A DNA stretch of 64,000 bases from Clostridia bacterium (lineage in GTDB: Bacteria; Bacillota; Clostridia; JAAYHZ01). Where the stretch lies: assembly GCA_050950825.1 (NCBI GenBank), contig JBMNIH010000002.1, forward strand, positions 64,001 to 128,000, written 5' to 3'. Of this stretch, positions 15,150 through 25,593 are shown piece after piece (positions within the stretch are counted from its first letter, which is position 1; the number at the start of each line of letters is the position of its first letter). The position numbers were made by a program, and so were the translations under genes. The notes under the pieces were generated by a model, which searched no databases, was not told where the DNA came from, and saw only the letters and a program-made list of their open reading frames with translations.

Positions 15150-15442
15150 TCACATATTTTCCGGCGATTCTTTTTTACGGTTTATCTTTTTTCTTTTGTT
15201 TACGACCTCGCTAGGTACGGTGATTTCTTTGCCACACGAATTGCAGAAAAATTTATATCGTTTCTCCAAAAGCTTCTAATATCTATTTTCTTTGATTTAA
15301 CCCATGTCCCTCCGCACTTGCATTTTTCATTGTTGTATTTCGCTTTTTCCAAAGCTTTTATAACATAATTCCCCGCTATAGTTGCCAAAGCACTCGTTAT
15401 AGCACCTATTGAAAGTTCAATCAACAGATTCAAATCTAGCAT
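15150..15442 (-). pseudogene. Membrane-anchored zinc-ribbon protein, apparently frameshifted
   Basis: Frame 1: hydrophobic N-terminus then CKCGGTW. Shifted frame continues EKRYKFFCNSCGKEITV to TGA at 15150-15152. Confidence 0.5.
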
Positions 15443-15473
15443 TTATTTCCTCTATTTGCAGGTCTTATTACTT

Positions 15474-16421
15474 CTACTTTTCCATGTGCTCGGCATGATA
15501 AGAAAGACATCGGTCAAAGTAATCATCCAATAGCTCTATATCAAATTCTTGAATGATGTCATCGATGGAAAATTCCTCGGTTTCCGAAGTCAATAGAACG
15601 GACCCCAGATACCCCGGATCGTACATTTTCACTTTACTTCCGTACTTCGTCAAGGCATTTCGAATTTTTCCCCAATTGTAATCCAAATGGACCACCTTGT
15701 AATCTAAATTGATGCTATGGGTAATGTAGCCGAAGTAATTGGTGGATCTTGCAACCACATCTCCCACGGGATTAATGATTGTGTTTTCCAGATTCATGAT
15801 GGAGCCGATAAAATAGGAGCGCAATTGGTACGCTCTGTAGTTTTGCATAAGTCCTCCGTGATATGCGGAGGAGAACAGAACGATATCCGGTTTTTGAGGC
15901 TTGTACTTTTCCCACAAAGGATCGAAATTCAAATCAAAGCAAATGGCGCAGGCAACCTTTCCGAAGTCGCACGGAATAACGCGAGCATCCTTCCCCGGCA
16001 GTATTTTGCCGTCTTCCGTTTCCCCTATGGTAGGATGATTCTTATTATACAAGCCTGCGATTTCGCCTTTTCGATCAATCAGCTGCGTTGTGTTTCGGTA
16101 GGTTCCGTCTTCCAGCTTTCGCACAGCGGAATAAGCTATGTAACAGGAGTTTTCGTACGCCTTTTCCTTGAAGAAGCGAAGAAGCCGATCTCCTCGGACC
16201 TCATAGTATTCCAGTCTTCTCGAAAGCGGATAATTGTGATAACGATCGCATGCCTCCGGCAACACGATCAAATCCGGTTTTTCCGGCAATACACGACTTA
16301 ACAACCGATTCCAACTGTCAATCATTCGATCCGTTTCAAGCTTTAAATCTCTGCTCGGATCTCCGGAGTAATTGACACCGTCTTTTACCGATACGGAACT
16401 GACTTTAACATACCTTGCCAT
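15474..16421 (-). CDS. Carbon-nitrogen hydrolase (nitrilase superfamily)
   Basis: Catalytic triad LPE, YNKNHP, AICFD. Confidence 0.88.
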   Translation of the reverse strand: MARYVKVSSVSVKDGVNYSGDPSRDLKLETDRMIDSWNRLLSRVLPEKPDLIVLPEACDRYHNYPLSRRLEYYEVRGDRLLRFFKEKAYENSCYIAYSAVRKLEDGTYRNTTQLIDRKGEIAGLYNKNHPTIGETEDGKILPGKDARVIPCDFGKVACAICFDLNFDPLWEKYKPQKPDIVLFSSAYHGGLMQNYRAYQLRSYFIGSIMNLENTIINPVGDVVARSTNYFGYITHSINLDYKVVHLDYNWGKIRNALTKYGSKVKMYDPGYLGSVLLTSETEEFSIDDIIQEFDIELLDDYFDRCLSYHAEHMEK

Positions 16422-16446
16422 ACGTTATTCTCCTTTCATTCTCCGT

Positions 16447-17238
16447 TTAAAAGCGTCGGCTGCTCCCGCCGCCTCCCGACGAGCCGCCTCCTCCACGAAA
16501 GCTTCCGCCTCCGAACCCGCCTCGGCCTCCGCTTCCGAATCCTCCTGTGCTCCTTCCCGAGCCTCCTCTTCCGCCAAAGATGTTACTGTAGAAAATCACT
16601 TGAAATATAAAGCGTGTTGTTCTGCCTTTTAAAAACACAAGGTCGAAAATAATAAAGATGATGACCAAGATCGGCAAAGATATTTCTATGCCGCCGTCGT
16701 CCGAGTAGGGGCTTTCCGGAACACCGGTCAGTTCCACTCCGTATTCTGCTGCAATTTCCGCCGCCAATACCTTCGCCGTTTCCAATACGCCTCGGTCGTA
16801 GTCTCCCTCCAGTAAATAGGGAATTAAGTAATCGTCTTGTATACGGCCGGTTTTCCCGTCGGTCAACCTTCCCTCCAATCCGTATCCTACCTCAATCCGT
16901 GTTGATCGTTCGTTAGGCGCAATCAACAAAAGAACGCCGTTGTTTTTGTCCTTTTGGCCGATTCCCCATTCTCGAAAAAGTGCATTGGCAAAATCATTAA
17001 TGGGTACTCCTTGAAGCGAATCGATCATAACGACGACCAGCTGGGCTCCCGTTTTTTGTTCCAATTCCATGGAAATCCCTTCAACGGTTGCTTCCGTTTG
17101 GCTGCTTAAAATACCGGCAAAATCATTGACAAAATAGCCGGTTGACTTCGGTAACGTAAGAGCACCGAAAACTCCGGTGCATGCAATGCCCGCTAACAGA
17201 AGCGCCAAAACGAGTACGGTCGTAATTTTCTTCAACAT
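16447..17238 (-). CDS. TPM domain (YgcG-like) membrane protein
   Basis: WGIGQKDKNNGVLLLIA, IEVGYGLEG, TM segment, Gly-rich tail GGGGSSGGGGSSRRF. Confidence 0.92.
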   Translation of the reverse strand: MLKKITTVLVLALLLAGIACTGVFGALTLPKSTGYFVNDFAGILSSQTEATVEGISMELEQKTGAQLVVVMIDSLQGVPINDFANALFREWGIGQKDKNNGVLLLIAPNERSTRIEVGYGLEGRLTDGKTGRIQDDYLIPYLLEGDYDRGVLETAKVLAAEIAAEYGVELTGVPESPYSDDGGIEISLPILVIIFIIFDLVFLKGRTTRFIFQVIFYSNIFGGRGGSGRSTGGFGSGGRGGFGGGSFRGGGGSSGGGGSSRRF

Positions 17239-17280
17239 TTTTTAAATATCCTTACTCCAAATTCTTGTTATCCTACGCTA

Positions 17281-17844
17281 TTAAAACGAAACCTCCGGCA
17301 CCGTTTGGCTATTTTCGCTTGCTTGGAAGTATTGGCGCTTCTCAAAGTTAAATAAACCGGCAAATACATTCATCGGGAATTTTTGAATATGAGTATTGTA
17401 TTTTTGCACCGTGTCGTTATAGTCTTTCCTGGAGATGGCGATTCTGTTCTCCGTATTCTCCAGATTGTCCATCAGCTGTATGAAATTCTTATCGGCCTTT
17501 AATTGCGGGTAATTCTCCACAACCACCAACAATCTGCTTATGGCACCGGACAATTCGTCATTCGCTTCCGCCAGTTCATTCATATTGCCGGCGCCCACCA
17601 GCTTGGAACGAGCTTCGGCAATATCCGTATAGATCTTTTCCTCATGTTGGGCATACCCTTTTACCGTGGACACCAAATTGGGAATCAAATCCGCTCTTCT
17701 TTGCAGGTTGTTTTCAACTTGGCTCCATTTATTATCGACGTCTTCGTTCAGTTCCACCATAGTATTGTAAGCTCCGATAACCTGAGCAACGATTATCACG
17801 ATTAGAACAACAATAACAATTAAAGCAACGAGTCCTTTTTTCAT
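17281..17844 (-). CDS. lemA: LemA family protein
   Basis: N-terminal TM, LQRRADLIPNLV, ENYPQLKA, TENRIA. Confidence 0.93.
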   Translation of the reverse strand: MKKGLVALIVIVVLIVIIVAQVIGAYNTMVELNEDVDNKWSQVENNLQRRADLIPNLVSTVKGYAQHEEKIYTDIAEARSKLVGAGNMNELAEANDELSGAISRLLVVVENYPQLKADKNFIQLMDNLENTENRIAISRKDYNDTVQKYNTHIQKFPMNVFAGLFNFEKRQYFQASENSQTVPEVSF

Positions 17845-18055
17845 CGTTTATCATTCTCCTTTTCTAATATATATAAACCGGATCAATGAGATTATAACAT
17901 ATTTTTACCTGTTATTTCTTTTCCCCTCATCTTTTATCTTCATCCCCATTTTGCAATTCTTTATATTCGTTCTTCTTCATAAGGAGTCAAATTGTTTAAA
18001 ATAGCTGTTCATTATTCGGTTTATTGTGTTATAATAAGCCCCGAGGTGATTTTTC

Positions 18056-19321
18056 ATGAAATTTGGAGTCGCGAAAGACATAATATCTCCGGATATTCGA
18101 ATGGGCATGTCCGGTTACGGTTCTCGCTATAACAAAGATTTTAAGGACATCCATGACGATTTGTACGTTCGATGCCTTTATACCGAAAACGGCGATGATA
18201 GATTACTGATGGTTGTTTATGATTTGGCTTTCCATGATTTTTGTCTTACAACGGCCGTCAGAGAATATATCAGTGAAAAATACGGTTTGACAGCGGACCA
18301 ATTGGTTTTATCTTATACCCATACCCATGCCGCAACGGCCATAAAAGGATTTTCACCCGGGGAACACAAGGACGAATACGAAGATATGCTCCTTGCCCGA
18401 ACAAAAAGCTGTATCGACCGCTGCATGCTGAACATGTATGAAGGATCCGTATCCTTCTGCCAAATAGAAGGCGATTGGAACATTAATCGCAGAAAGCTTG
18501 TAAACGGTAAATTGGTAGGCGGCCCTTATCCCGAGGGTCTTACGGATAAAACCATGAATCTTTTAAAGTTCGCCGATAACGACGGCATTATTCGCGCCCT
18601 TTTATTTAACTACGCTTGCCATCCCGTTACGCTAGGCGATACCTACAGCATTTCCGCCGAATACCCGGGAAGAGTTTGCGAAATTCTTCAAGGAAAATAC
18701 TACGGCTTAACTCCGTTATTCTTCCAAGGTGCCGGTGCTCATGAACGTCCGAAAATCACATTTAACGGACATCGGTTTTTCAACTGCAGCTTCGATCATG
18801 TAAACGAAATGGCCCAGCAAATCGCTGCACGTATCGAATCCGCCCTTGTAACCGGTCAATTCAAGCCCATTGATTTCTCTCCGAAGGCAAAAGCGTTTGA
18901 AATCAATGTACCCATTAAGCCGCATTCGAAGGAAGATTTGCAGCAAAGATTGCAAAAATCCGTCGGTTTTATGGCGAATGCAATCCAAGCGGTTTTGGCG
19001 GAATACGATTCCACTCCGGATTACCTGCCCTTAAGAGGCGGAGTCATTAAACTCAATGACGATGTCTATATGGCATGGCTTACAGGCGAAGTCATTGTAG
19101 AAGTAAAGAACATAATCCATAAAGCCATCGGAGAAGACAAGAAACTGATATTTATCGGATACGCGGACTCCATCGGTTATATCCCCGATTCCACCGTCAT
19201 CGAACAAGGCGGATATGAAGGCGGAGATTCCATGCTAGGGTTTGCAAGAAAAGGTGTTTTCACACCTGAAATAGATCAAATTTTATACGACGCTTTTAAA
19301 GAAACGAAATCTAAGATTTAA
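18056..19321 (+). CDS. Neutral/alkaline ceramidase-like metallohydrolase
   Basis: IHDDLYVRCL, SYTHTHA, FNYACHPV, ISAEYPG, FFQGAG, GGYE. Confidence 0.75.
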   Translation: MKFGVAKDIISPDIRMGMSGYGSRYNKDFKDIHDDLYVRCLYTENGDDRLLMVVYDLAFHDFCLTTAVREYISEKYGLTADQLVLSYTHTHAATAIKGFSPGEHKDEYEDMLLARTKSCIDRCMLNMYEGSVSFCQIEGDWNINRRKLVNGKLVGGPYPEGLTDKTMNLLKFADNDGIIRALLFNYACHPVTLGDTYSISAEYPGRVCEILQGKYYGLTPLFFQGAGAHERPKITFNGHRFFNCSFDHVNEMAQQIAARIESALVTGQFKPIDFSPKAKAFEINVPIKPHSKEDLQQRLQKSVGFMANAIQAVLAEYDSTPDYLPLRGGVIKLNDDVYMAWLTGEVIVEVKNIIHKAIGEDKKLIFIGYADSIGYIPDSTVIEQGGYEGGDSMLGFARKGVFTPEIDQILYDAFKETKSKI

Positions 19322-19334
19322 CGGCAAACGAGCG

Positions 19335-19371
19335 AAAAGAAGGACACTTTCAAACCGGAGTGTCCCTTTTC
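19335..19371. terminator. Bidirectional terminator between convergent genes
   Basis: GAAAAGAAGGACACT...AGTGTCCCTTTTC inverted repeat. Confidence 0.6.
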
Positions 19372-19384
19372 GTTTTATTTATAT

Positions 19385-21097
19385 TTACAAAAATTCGCAC
19401 AAGTATCGGCCTGTAACCGGATGCTTTTCGCTGTAGTCGATTCGAACAAGCCTGACTTCGTCTTCATCTGCAATCCTTTTAAAAAGAGACAAGGATTTTA
19501 GTTTGCGCCTTTTCGTGTTGAATATTTCCAAAGCCTTTCGGTTCGGTTCGTATGTTTTTACAAAAGGATTGTCTTGGCGTTTTTCCTTGAGGGAATAATC
19601 CAATTCCTTTTTCAATGCCGCAGGCAGCTTGTGATAAGAAAAACAGCTAATCAGATCAATCTGTAGCAATACCGATAAAATCTCTTTGTGTTCTTCCTCT
19701 ACCTTTTGGCATTCTTTCATAAAGGATGCGAATATTTCGTAGCATTCGTATGCCGAAAGAGGGCGAGATAAATAACCGTTTTCTTTTAAATAGGCTCCTA
19801 ATGATGAAAAGAATTGAAAAGGCGAAAAAATTTCGTTCCGAAAAATATACTCCAGAACAATCGTAAAATGACCGGAGTTATGGAAACGCTCCACGGCGTT
19901 TTCCGTATCTTTTAAAACCAAAAGATCCTCGTAACCGAGCCAAGGTGTTTTTAAAATCTCGTAGGGAGCTTTTTCCGTGTATTTGCTATCGTTTCGGTCA
20001 TACTCATCCTTTATTTTCGTTCCCTTTAGCAGCTTCAAAAAGCCTAATTGCAAATGATGCCCCCCTATTCGATAGACATCGTCAAAAGACCGTTCAAAGC
20101 TATTTATATCCTCATAAGGCAAACCGGCAATAAGATCCGTATGCACATGAACGTTTCCGTTTTCTATCACCTTTTGCAATTGCCCAAAGGATCGCTCAAA
20201 GGAAATCCTTCGGCAAATGGCCTCCAATGTTTTCGGATTCGTCGTTTGAATACCGGCTTCGATTTGAACCCTTCCGGCAGGCAGCCGTTTTAATGTCTCG
20301 ATGAAATCATCGTCCAACAAATCGGCGGCGATTTCAAAGTGAAAAGAGGTTTCGGTATTCAAAGAAGCAATTCGATTCAAGATTTCCAAGGCTCTTTTCC
20401 GATCCGCATTGAAGGTACGGTCCGTCAGTTTTACCAACGGGACGCCCAATCGATGAAAGATTTCCAACTCCTTTATTACCTTATTCAAAGACTTTTTTCG
20501 GTACGTTTTGTCGATAGACGAAATGCAGTAGCTGCAGGAATAGGGGCAGCCTCGAGACGTTTCATAGTAAAAAATTTTATTCTTGTTGTTTTCGATATAC
20601 ACCTCGTCGTAAGGAAAATCCAATTCGTCCAAATCCTCGATTAAACCTACCGTTCGGTTGGGGAATATTTTCTCTCCTTGGCGGTACGCCACGTTCGAAG
20701 GTATTTTCGTATCGGCTCCGTGAAAAAGCTCCATTAAGGCTTCAAAAGCTTCTTCCCCTTCGCCTGCAATACAATAGTCTACCGCAGGATTTCTTCTTAA
20801 AAAATCCTCGCAATCGTAGGACACTTCCGGACCCCCGCACAGAATAATAACATCAGGTAAGACTTTTTTTATGTCCTTTAGCAATGCTTCGATAATTTCA
20901 ATATTCCAAATGTAACAGGAAAAACATAAAACATCCGGCCGATACCGAAAGATGTCCGATAAAAAATCACCGTATCGGCCGTTAATGGTGTGTTCGATAA
21001 TTTTCGGCTCGAAACGCCGAATGCTTTTTCCCAAGGAATGTAAGGCCAAGGCGGTATGGGTATAGCTCGAATTCAATCCAAACAGTAATATTCTCAT
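19385..21097 (-). CDS. B12-binding domain radical SAM protein (DUF4080-type C-terminus)
   Basis: FSCYIWNI, GGPEVSY, GEGE, SRGCPYSCSYC (CxxxCxxC). Confidence 0.9.
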   Translation of the reverse strand: MRILLFGLNSSYTHTALALHSLGKSIRRFEPKIIEHTINGRYGDFLSDIFRYRPDVLCFSCYIWNIEIIEALLKDIKKVLPDVIILCGGPEVSYDCEDFLRRNPAVDYCIAGEGEEAFEALMELFHGADTKIPSNVAYRQGEKIFPNRTVGLIEDLDELDFPYDEVYIENNKNKIFYYETSRGCPYSCSYCISSIDKTYRKKSLNKVIKELEIFHRLGVPLVKLTDRTFNADRKRALEILNRIASLNTETSFHFEIAADLLDDDFIETLKRLPAGRVQIEAGIQTTNPKTLEAICRRISFERSFGQLQKVIENGNVHVHTDLIAGLPYEDINSFERSFDDVYRIGGHHLQLGFLKLLKGTKIKDEYDRNDSKYTEKAPYEILKTPWLGYEDLLVLKDTENAVERFHNSGHFTIVLEYIFRNEIFSPFQFFSSLGAYLKENGYLSRPLSAYECYEIFASFMKECQKVEEEHKEILSVLLQIDLISCFSYHKLPAALKKELDYSLKEKRQDNPFVKTYEPNRKALEIFNTKRRKLKSLSLFKRIADEDEVRLVRIDYSEKHPVTGRYLCEFL

Positions 21098-21159
21098 AAT
21101 CTCTTCGACTCCTTACCGCCATTATACTATATTCCCTTCGTATTTTGCAGGATGACGGA

Positions 21160-22323
21160 TTATCTCATCAAATCCATCAAATTCTTTCCGATTTCCTTCA
21201 AATAGTAGATCGTATTTCGAACTCCTACATCCTCTGCCGCTACCAAAGGGATATCCAGCAACACTTCATTTCCCCGAGTTATTTTCAGCTTTCCTACTTC
21301 CGTCCCCTGTATTACGGGAGCCGTCAATGATTCCGGAAAGATGCAGGTATATTTCAAACCGGCTACGTCTTTTTTCGCCAAAAGCATTCTTATGTCTTCA
21401 CGGACTACGAGATCCACTTCCCGTTGTATCCCCTTTTTAACGGTAACATCGGCAAATCGTTCTCCCTTGCTCACGATAGGAAAATAATCGAAGTTGTCAA
21501 AAACATAATCCAGTATTCGAATGGTCGAAATCGTCCGAGCCTTCTTCGTAGGGCTGTTCAACACCACCGTAATGACATTCAGATCTCCCCTTTTTGCGGA
21601 TGTAACCAAGCATCTTCCCGCTTTATTGGTAAACCCGGTTTTTAATCCGTATACTCCTTCGTAATAGCCTAAAAGCTCGTTGGTGTTCGTTAAATTTCTT
21701 CCCGCTATATGAGCAAATTTGGTACCAACAATCTCCTTTATGATATCGTGGCTTAAAGCGTACGCACCGATTTTCGCCAATTCGTAAGCATTGGAATAAT
21801 GTCCTTCTGCGTCCAAGCCGTGAGAATTGACAAAATGCGTATCCTTTAATCCCAATTCTTCGGCTTTTTCATTCATCAATCGAGCAAAGGATTCCATATC
21901 TCCTCCGATATGCTCGGCTAAGGCAACGGCGGCATCGTTCCCCGAACACAGCAATAGACCGTAAAGCAGTTCTTTTACGGTCAACTGTTGCCCGGTATAA
22001 AGACCCATAACCGACCCGTCCATACCGGCCGCTTTTCTTGATATTGTCACGATATCGTCAAGATTACTGTTTTCAACGGTCACAATCGCGGTCATCATTT
22101 TCGTGGTACTTGCGGGGGCATTTCTTAATAAAGCGTTTTTTTCATATAGAATTTTGCCCGAATCCAAGTCCACGGCAACGGCACACAAGGCTTGTACATT
22201 CGGTTCTTTTACGTTTTCCGAAACATACTGCAGGGTGCTTTCTGTAAAAACGTCTTTACCGTATACCGTATTCGTCGTCATTACCAATAGAATTATGAAA
22301 ACGGATAGAAGTATTTTTTTCAT
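21160..22323 (-). CDS. D-alanyl-D-alanine carboxypeptidase (peptidase S11, DacB/DacF-like)
   Basis: Signal peptide; ASTTK (SxxK), SGN, KTG; PBP5 C-terminal domain. Confidence 0.92.
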   Translation of the reverse strand: MKKILLSVFIILLVMTTNTVYGKDVFTESTLQYVSENVKEPNVQALCAVAVDLDSGKILYEKNALLRNAPASTTKMMTAIVTVENSNLDDIVTISRKAAGMDGSVMGLYTGQQLTVKELLYGLLLCSGNDAAVALAEHIGGDMESFARLMNEKAEELGLKDTHFVNSHGLDAEGHYSNAYELAKIGAYALSHDIIKEIVGTKFAHIAGRNLTNTNELLGYYEGVYGLKTGFTNKAGRCLVTSAKRGDLNVITVVLNSPTKKARTISTIRILDYVFDNFDYFPIVSKGERFADVTVKKGIQREVDLVVREDIRMLLAKKDVAGLKYTCIFPESLTAPVIQGTEVGKLKITRGNEVLLDIPLVAAEDVGVRNTIYYLKEIGKNLMDLMR

Positions 22324-22463
22324 CGATTCACTCCATAATAGAATATGAATTTTTTAATTCATTTTTATCTTGCTATATTGTTACCAAAAAGAATTTTTTC
22401 TATCGATATTTCATTTCCGAATAAATTATGATAACAAATCGTCTCTCCGGCAAAAGTTACATC

Positions 22464-22492
22464 TAATAATTTGAATGTTCGTGACCATAATA
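22464..22492 (+). promoter_or_regulatory. Putative SigG-type promoter of the SASP gene
   Basis: TAATA-17 nt-CATAATA resembles the SigG consensus; SASP genes are SigG-dependent. Confidence 0.45.
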
Positions 22493-22513
22493 AGTAGCAA
22501 GGAGGTGAGATTT

Positions 22514-22699
22514 ATGGCAACAAACAATAGCAATCGCCCTTCAGCTTTTGAAAACATGAAATATGAAGTAGCAAAAGAAGTTGGTGTTAACTTGAACCAA
22601 GGTTACAACGGTGACATTTCTGCCCGTGATGCAGGTAAAATTGGCGGAACAATCGTAAAGAAAGTTTTCGCTCAATACAGAAACAGCCAAGGAATGTAA
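22514..22699 (+). CDS. Alpha/beta-type small acid-soluble spore protein
   Basis: KYEVAKEVGV, ARDAGKIGGTIVKK; SD AAGGAGGTGA before ATG 22514. Confidence 0.93.
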   Translation: MATNNSNRPSAFENMKYEVAKEVGVNLNQGYNGDISARDAGKIGGTIVKKVFAQYRNSQGM

Positions 22700-22797
22700 C
22701 GGTACCATTAACGAACAGTGGAAAAGATCTTCTTTTCCGCTTATCTTACACCGAATAAGGCTTGTTTCCTCTTAAGGAACAAGTGATCACTAAAAAA

Positions 22798-22824
22798 GTG
22801 AAAACCCGTTTTACGGGTTTTCAC
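22798..22824. terminator. Terminator-like hairpin downstream of the SASP gene
   Basis: Perfect stem GTGAAAACCCG-TTTTA-CGGGTTTTCAC. Confidence 0.6.
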
Positions 22825-22923
22825 CAAATAAAGGCAAATAAATCGATACGATCGGTTATCAATTAACAGAGGGGCTTTCACGGCCCTTCATGTTATGCTA
22901 TCGAATATTTTCAGGAGCGATCC

Positions 22924-23616
22924 ATGACCTATGTAATAAGGACAATTGTTTTGTATATCATTGTAATTGCCGTCATGCGGTTAATGGGCAAAAGACAAAT
23001 CGGAGAATTGCAGCCCTATGAGTTGGCTGTCGCCATTATGATATCGGAATTGGCTACCGTGCCCATGCAGGAAACCGGGATGCCGATGGTAAACGGCATT
23101 ATTCCGATTCTGACCATACTGCTGATGCAGCTTACGTTTTCATTTCTTTCTTTAAAAAGCATCAAATTGCGGGCCATTATCAGCGGGAAGCCGGTAATTA
23201 TAATCGAAAAAGGACGTATCGTAGAAGACAATATGAAAAAAGAGCTTTATACCGTCAACGAATTGGCCGAACAGCTGCGTATAAAAAACATAGCCAATAT
23301 CTCGGACGTTGAATATGCCATACTGGAAACCAACGGCCAATTAAGCGTTATACCGAAAGTACAAAATCGAGCGGTAACCTGCGGCGATTTGAATATACCG
23401 GGAAAATACGAGAGCTACCCGTATTATTTGGTTATTGACGGAAAAGTTTTGCCTGAGAATTTTTCAAAAGCCGGTGTCAAAGAAAAAGATTTTTTAAATT
23501 ACATTCATTCTAAAAAGATCGACTCCGTGAAAGACATTTTGTATGCTAACATCGATGATAACAAGAAAATTTTTATACAATTAAAGCTTGAAAAGGGTGG
23601 TAAAATCGTTGAATGA
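22924..23616 (+). CDS. DUF421 (YrbG/YetF family) membrane protein
   Basis: RLMGKRQIGELQP, AILETNGQLSVIPK. Confidence 0.92.
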   Translation: MTYVIRTIVLYIIVIAVMRLMGKRQIGELQPYELAVAIMISELATVPMQETGMPMVNGIIPILTILLMQLTFSFLSLKSIKLRAIISGKPVIIIEKGRIVEDNMKKELYTVNELAEQLRIKNIANISDVEYAILETNGQLSVIPKVQNRAVTCGDLNIPGKYESYPYYLVIDGKVLPENFSKAGVKEKDFLNYIHSKKIDSVKDILYANIDDNKKIFIQLKLEKGGKIVE

Positions 23617-24001
23617 TACGACTCGTTTTGTTATAGAAATATCCGTTATAATCGCAATCATATTTGTTCTTTTGGCCGTTCCTACGGCTTATATAAAAGG
23701 GTCTACCGAAGAATTTATTTTGATTGTAGACCGCTTAATCGACGAGATTTATAACGAAGAATTTCAAAAGGCGGAAAAAACATTTGACGAACTTTCGGAA
23801 AAGTGGGATAAAGAAAAGGGTCTTTATTCCGTTATCATAGAAGAAAAATTCATCATGGACTTAGACGACAGCTTGACCCAATGCAAATCGGCGGTGAAAA
23901 TCCGACACAAGCCCAATGCCTACGAATACGCTAATATACTTAAAAATGATTTTCGAGAATCCTACTCATCCATCTCGTTTAAGATTTGGAATATATTCTA
24001 A
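23609..24001 (+). CDS. DUF4363-like sporulation-associated protein
   Basis: N-terminal TM then helical bundle; overlaps the DUF421 stop, the usual partner gene; start uncertain (23588 or 23609). Confidence 0.65.
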   Translation: MNDTTRFVIEISVIIAIIFVLLAVPTAYIKGSTEEFILIVDRLIDEIYNEEFQKAEKTFDELSEKWDKEKGLYSVIIEEKFIMDLDDSLTQCKSAVKIRHKPNAYEYANILKNDFRESYSSISFKIWNIF

Positions 24002-24792
24002 CGCCCCTTTCCCAAACGGTATCGAACCGTCTCGTATATGGCCAAGGATGCGGCAACGGCGGCGTTTAAAGACTCGCTGTATCCCGGCATCGGGATAAAA
24101 ACCGATCGGTCGCATTTTTCGACGGTGCTTTTTTGAAGCCCGTTGGATTCGTTACCGATAAAAAGCGCTACCCCTTCCCATCTATGAATATCGTAGATGG
24201 TATTGTCCTCCGTTAATGCCAATGCATACGTGAGGATTTTGTTTTCTTTAAAAAAGGCAATCGCTTTATCGGATCCGGGAAAGTGCTTGTATTGAATATG
24301 AAAAATACCTCCCATGGAGGATCGCACGGTTTTCGGAGAAAAAAGATCGACACAGTCCCCGCAGGTTACAAGTCCTTTCACTCCTGCGGCGGCACAAGAA
24401 CGTATAATGGTGCCCATATTGCCTGGATCCTGCAGGTTTTCCAGTACCACGAAAACATCCTTTGGCTCTATTTTTTCTATCGGCTTGATTTCTTTTTTAT
24501 CCAGCACCGCTAAAACTCCTTGAGGTGTTTGCGTATCGGAAATCTTCGAGAACAAGGAAGAGTCAAACAGGACCGTTTGGCCGATTTTCAAGGCGGATAT
24601 CCGAAGGCTTTCCGCCAACTGTTCGTACCTGTCTTCGGAAAAGCAAAGCATCTCAAAAGAAGCACCGGCCTTCGACGCTTCTTCAACGTTCTTAATGCCT
24701 TCGATTATAAAGAAATTTTCTCTGTTCTTTTTATCCAAAAGACCTTTTACAAATTTAAATGTCTTGTTCTCCTTACTCGTTATGACCTTCAT
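23998..24792 (-). CDS. TrmH/SpoU family RNA methyltransferase
   Basis: LQDPGNMGTIIRS, IGNESNGL, IPMPGYSESLNAAVA. Confidence 0.93.
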   Translation of the reverse strand: MKVITSKENKTFKFVKGLLDKKNRENFFIIEGIKNVEEASKAGASFEMLCFSEDRYEQLAESLRISALKIGQTVLFDSSLFSKISDTQTPQGVLAVLDKKEIKPIEKIEPKDVFVVLENLQDPGNMGTIIRSCAAAGVKGLVTCGDCVDLFSPKTVRSSMGGIFHIQYKHFPGSDKAIAFFKENKILTYALALTEDNTIYDIHRWEGVALFIGNESNGLQKSTVEKCDRSVFIPMPGYSESLNAAVAASLAIYETVRYRLGKGR

Positions 24793-24887
24793 CGGATTCC
24801 TTTCGCCATTTTTTTATTTTTAAAAAGGGAGCGGAACATCCCCTCCCTTTGCAAAATCAATCTTCGTGTTTATATAAAGTTTATATA

Positions 24888-25238
24888 TCAAGCCTTTTTA
24901 GCAATTTCAACTAATTGAGCAAATGCTTCCTTATCATTAACAGCCATTTCAGCCAGCATTTTTCTATTGATTTCGATATTGTGCTTTTTCAGTCCGCCCA
25001 TGAACTTCGAATAAGATAATCCGTTGATACGAGCGGCGGCATTGATTCTGTTGATCCATAATTGACGCATATTACGCTTTCTGGCTCTTCTATCCCTGTA
25101 AGCATATACGCCGGATTTCATAACCGCTTGCTTCGCGATTCTGAATTGTCTGCTTTTTGCTCCGAAATATCCTTTTGCTAATTTTAATATCTTTCTACGT
25201 TTTTTATGTGCGTGTACCGCAGCTTTAACTCTTGCCAT
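24888..25238 (-). CDS. rplT: 50S ribosomal protein L20
   Basis: MARVK...[10 protein letters not shown]...[11 protein letters not shown]. Confidence 0.98.
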   Translation of the reverse strand: MARVKAAVHAHKKRRKILKLAKGYFGAKSRQFRIAKQAVMKSGVYAYRDRRARKRNMRQLWINRINAAARINGLSYSKFMGGLKKHNIEINRKMLAEMAVNDKEAFAQLVEIAKKA

Positions 25239-25259
25239 TCTTTCTTCGCCTCCTTCTTC

Positions 25260-25457
25260 TTATTTATAAGGGATCATTTTTTTGATGGTTGCTTCATCGG
25301 CTTTCGATGCAAAATTACCTAGCCTATGATGCTTTTTGGCTTTCTTGTCCTTGGATATAAGCCGGTGGCTTCTATAAGCATGTGACATCTTGATCTTTCC
25401 GGACGCCGTTTTCTTAAATCTTTTCTTAGATGAACTATGAGTTTTTTGCTTAGGCAT
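25260..25457 (-). CDS. rpmI: 50S ribosomal protein L35
   Basis: MPKQKTHSSSKKRFKKTASGK; between infC and rplT. Confidence 0.97.
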   Translation of the reverse strand: MPKQKTHSSSKKRFKKTASGKIKMSHAYRSHRLISKDKKAKKHHRLGNFASKADEATIKKMIPYK

Positions 25458-25593
25458 AATTCTATCTCCTCTCTTTTAACAACTTATATATAAACCAATC
25501 CGAATGTACATTTTATACAAATAGAACGGCATGTTACCCGCCCGGTACACATGCCCGCTCAGATCAAATCAATGTACTTTCGCACTTTTCTCA

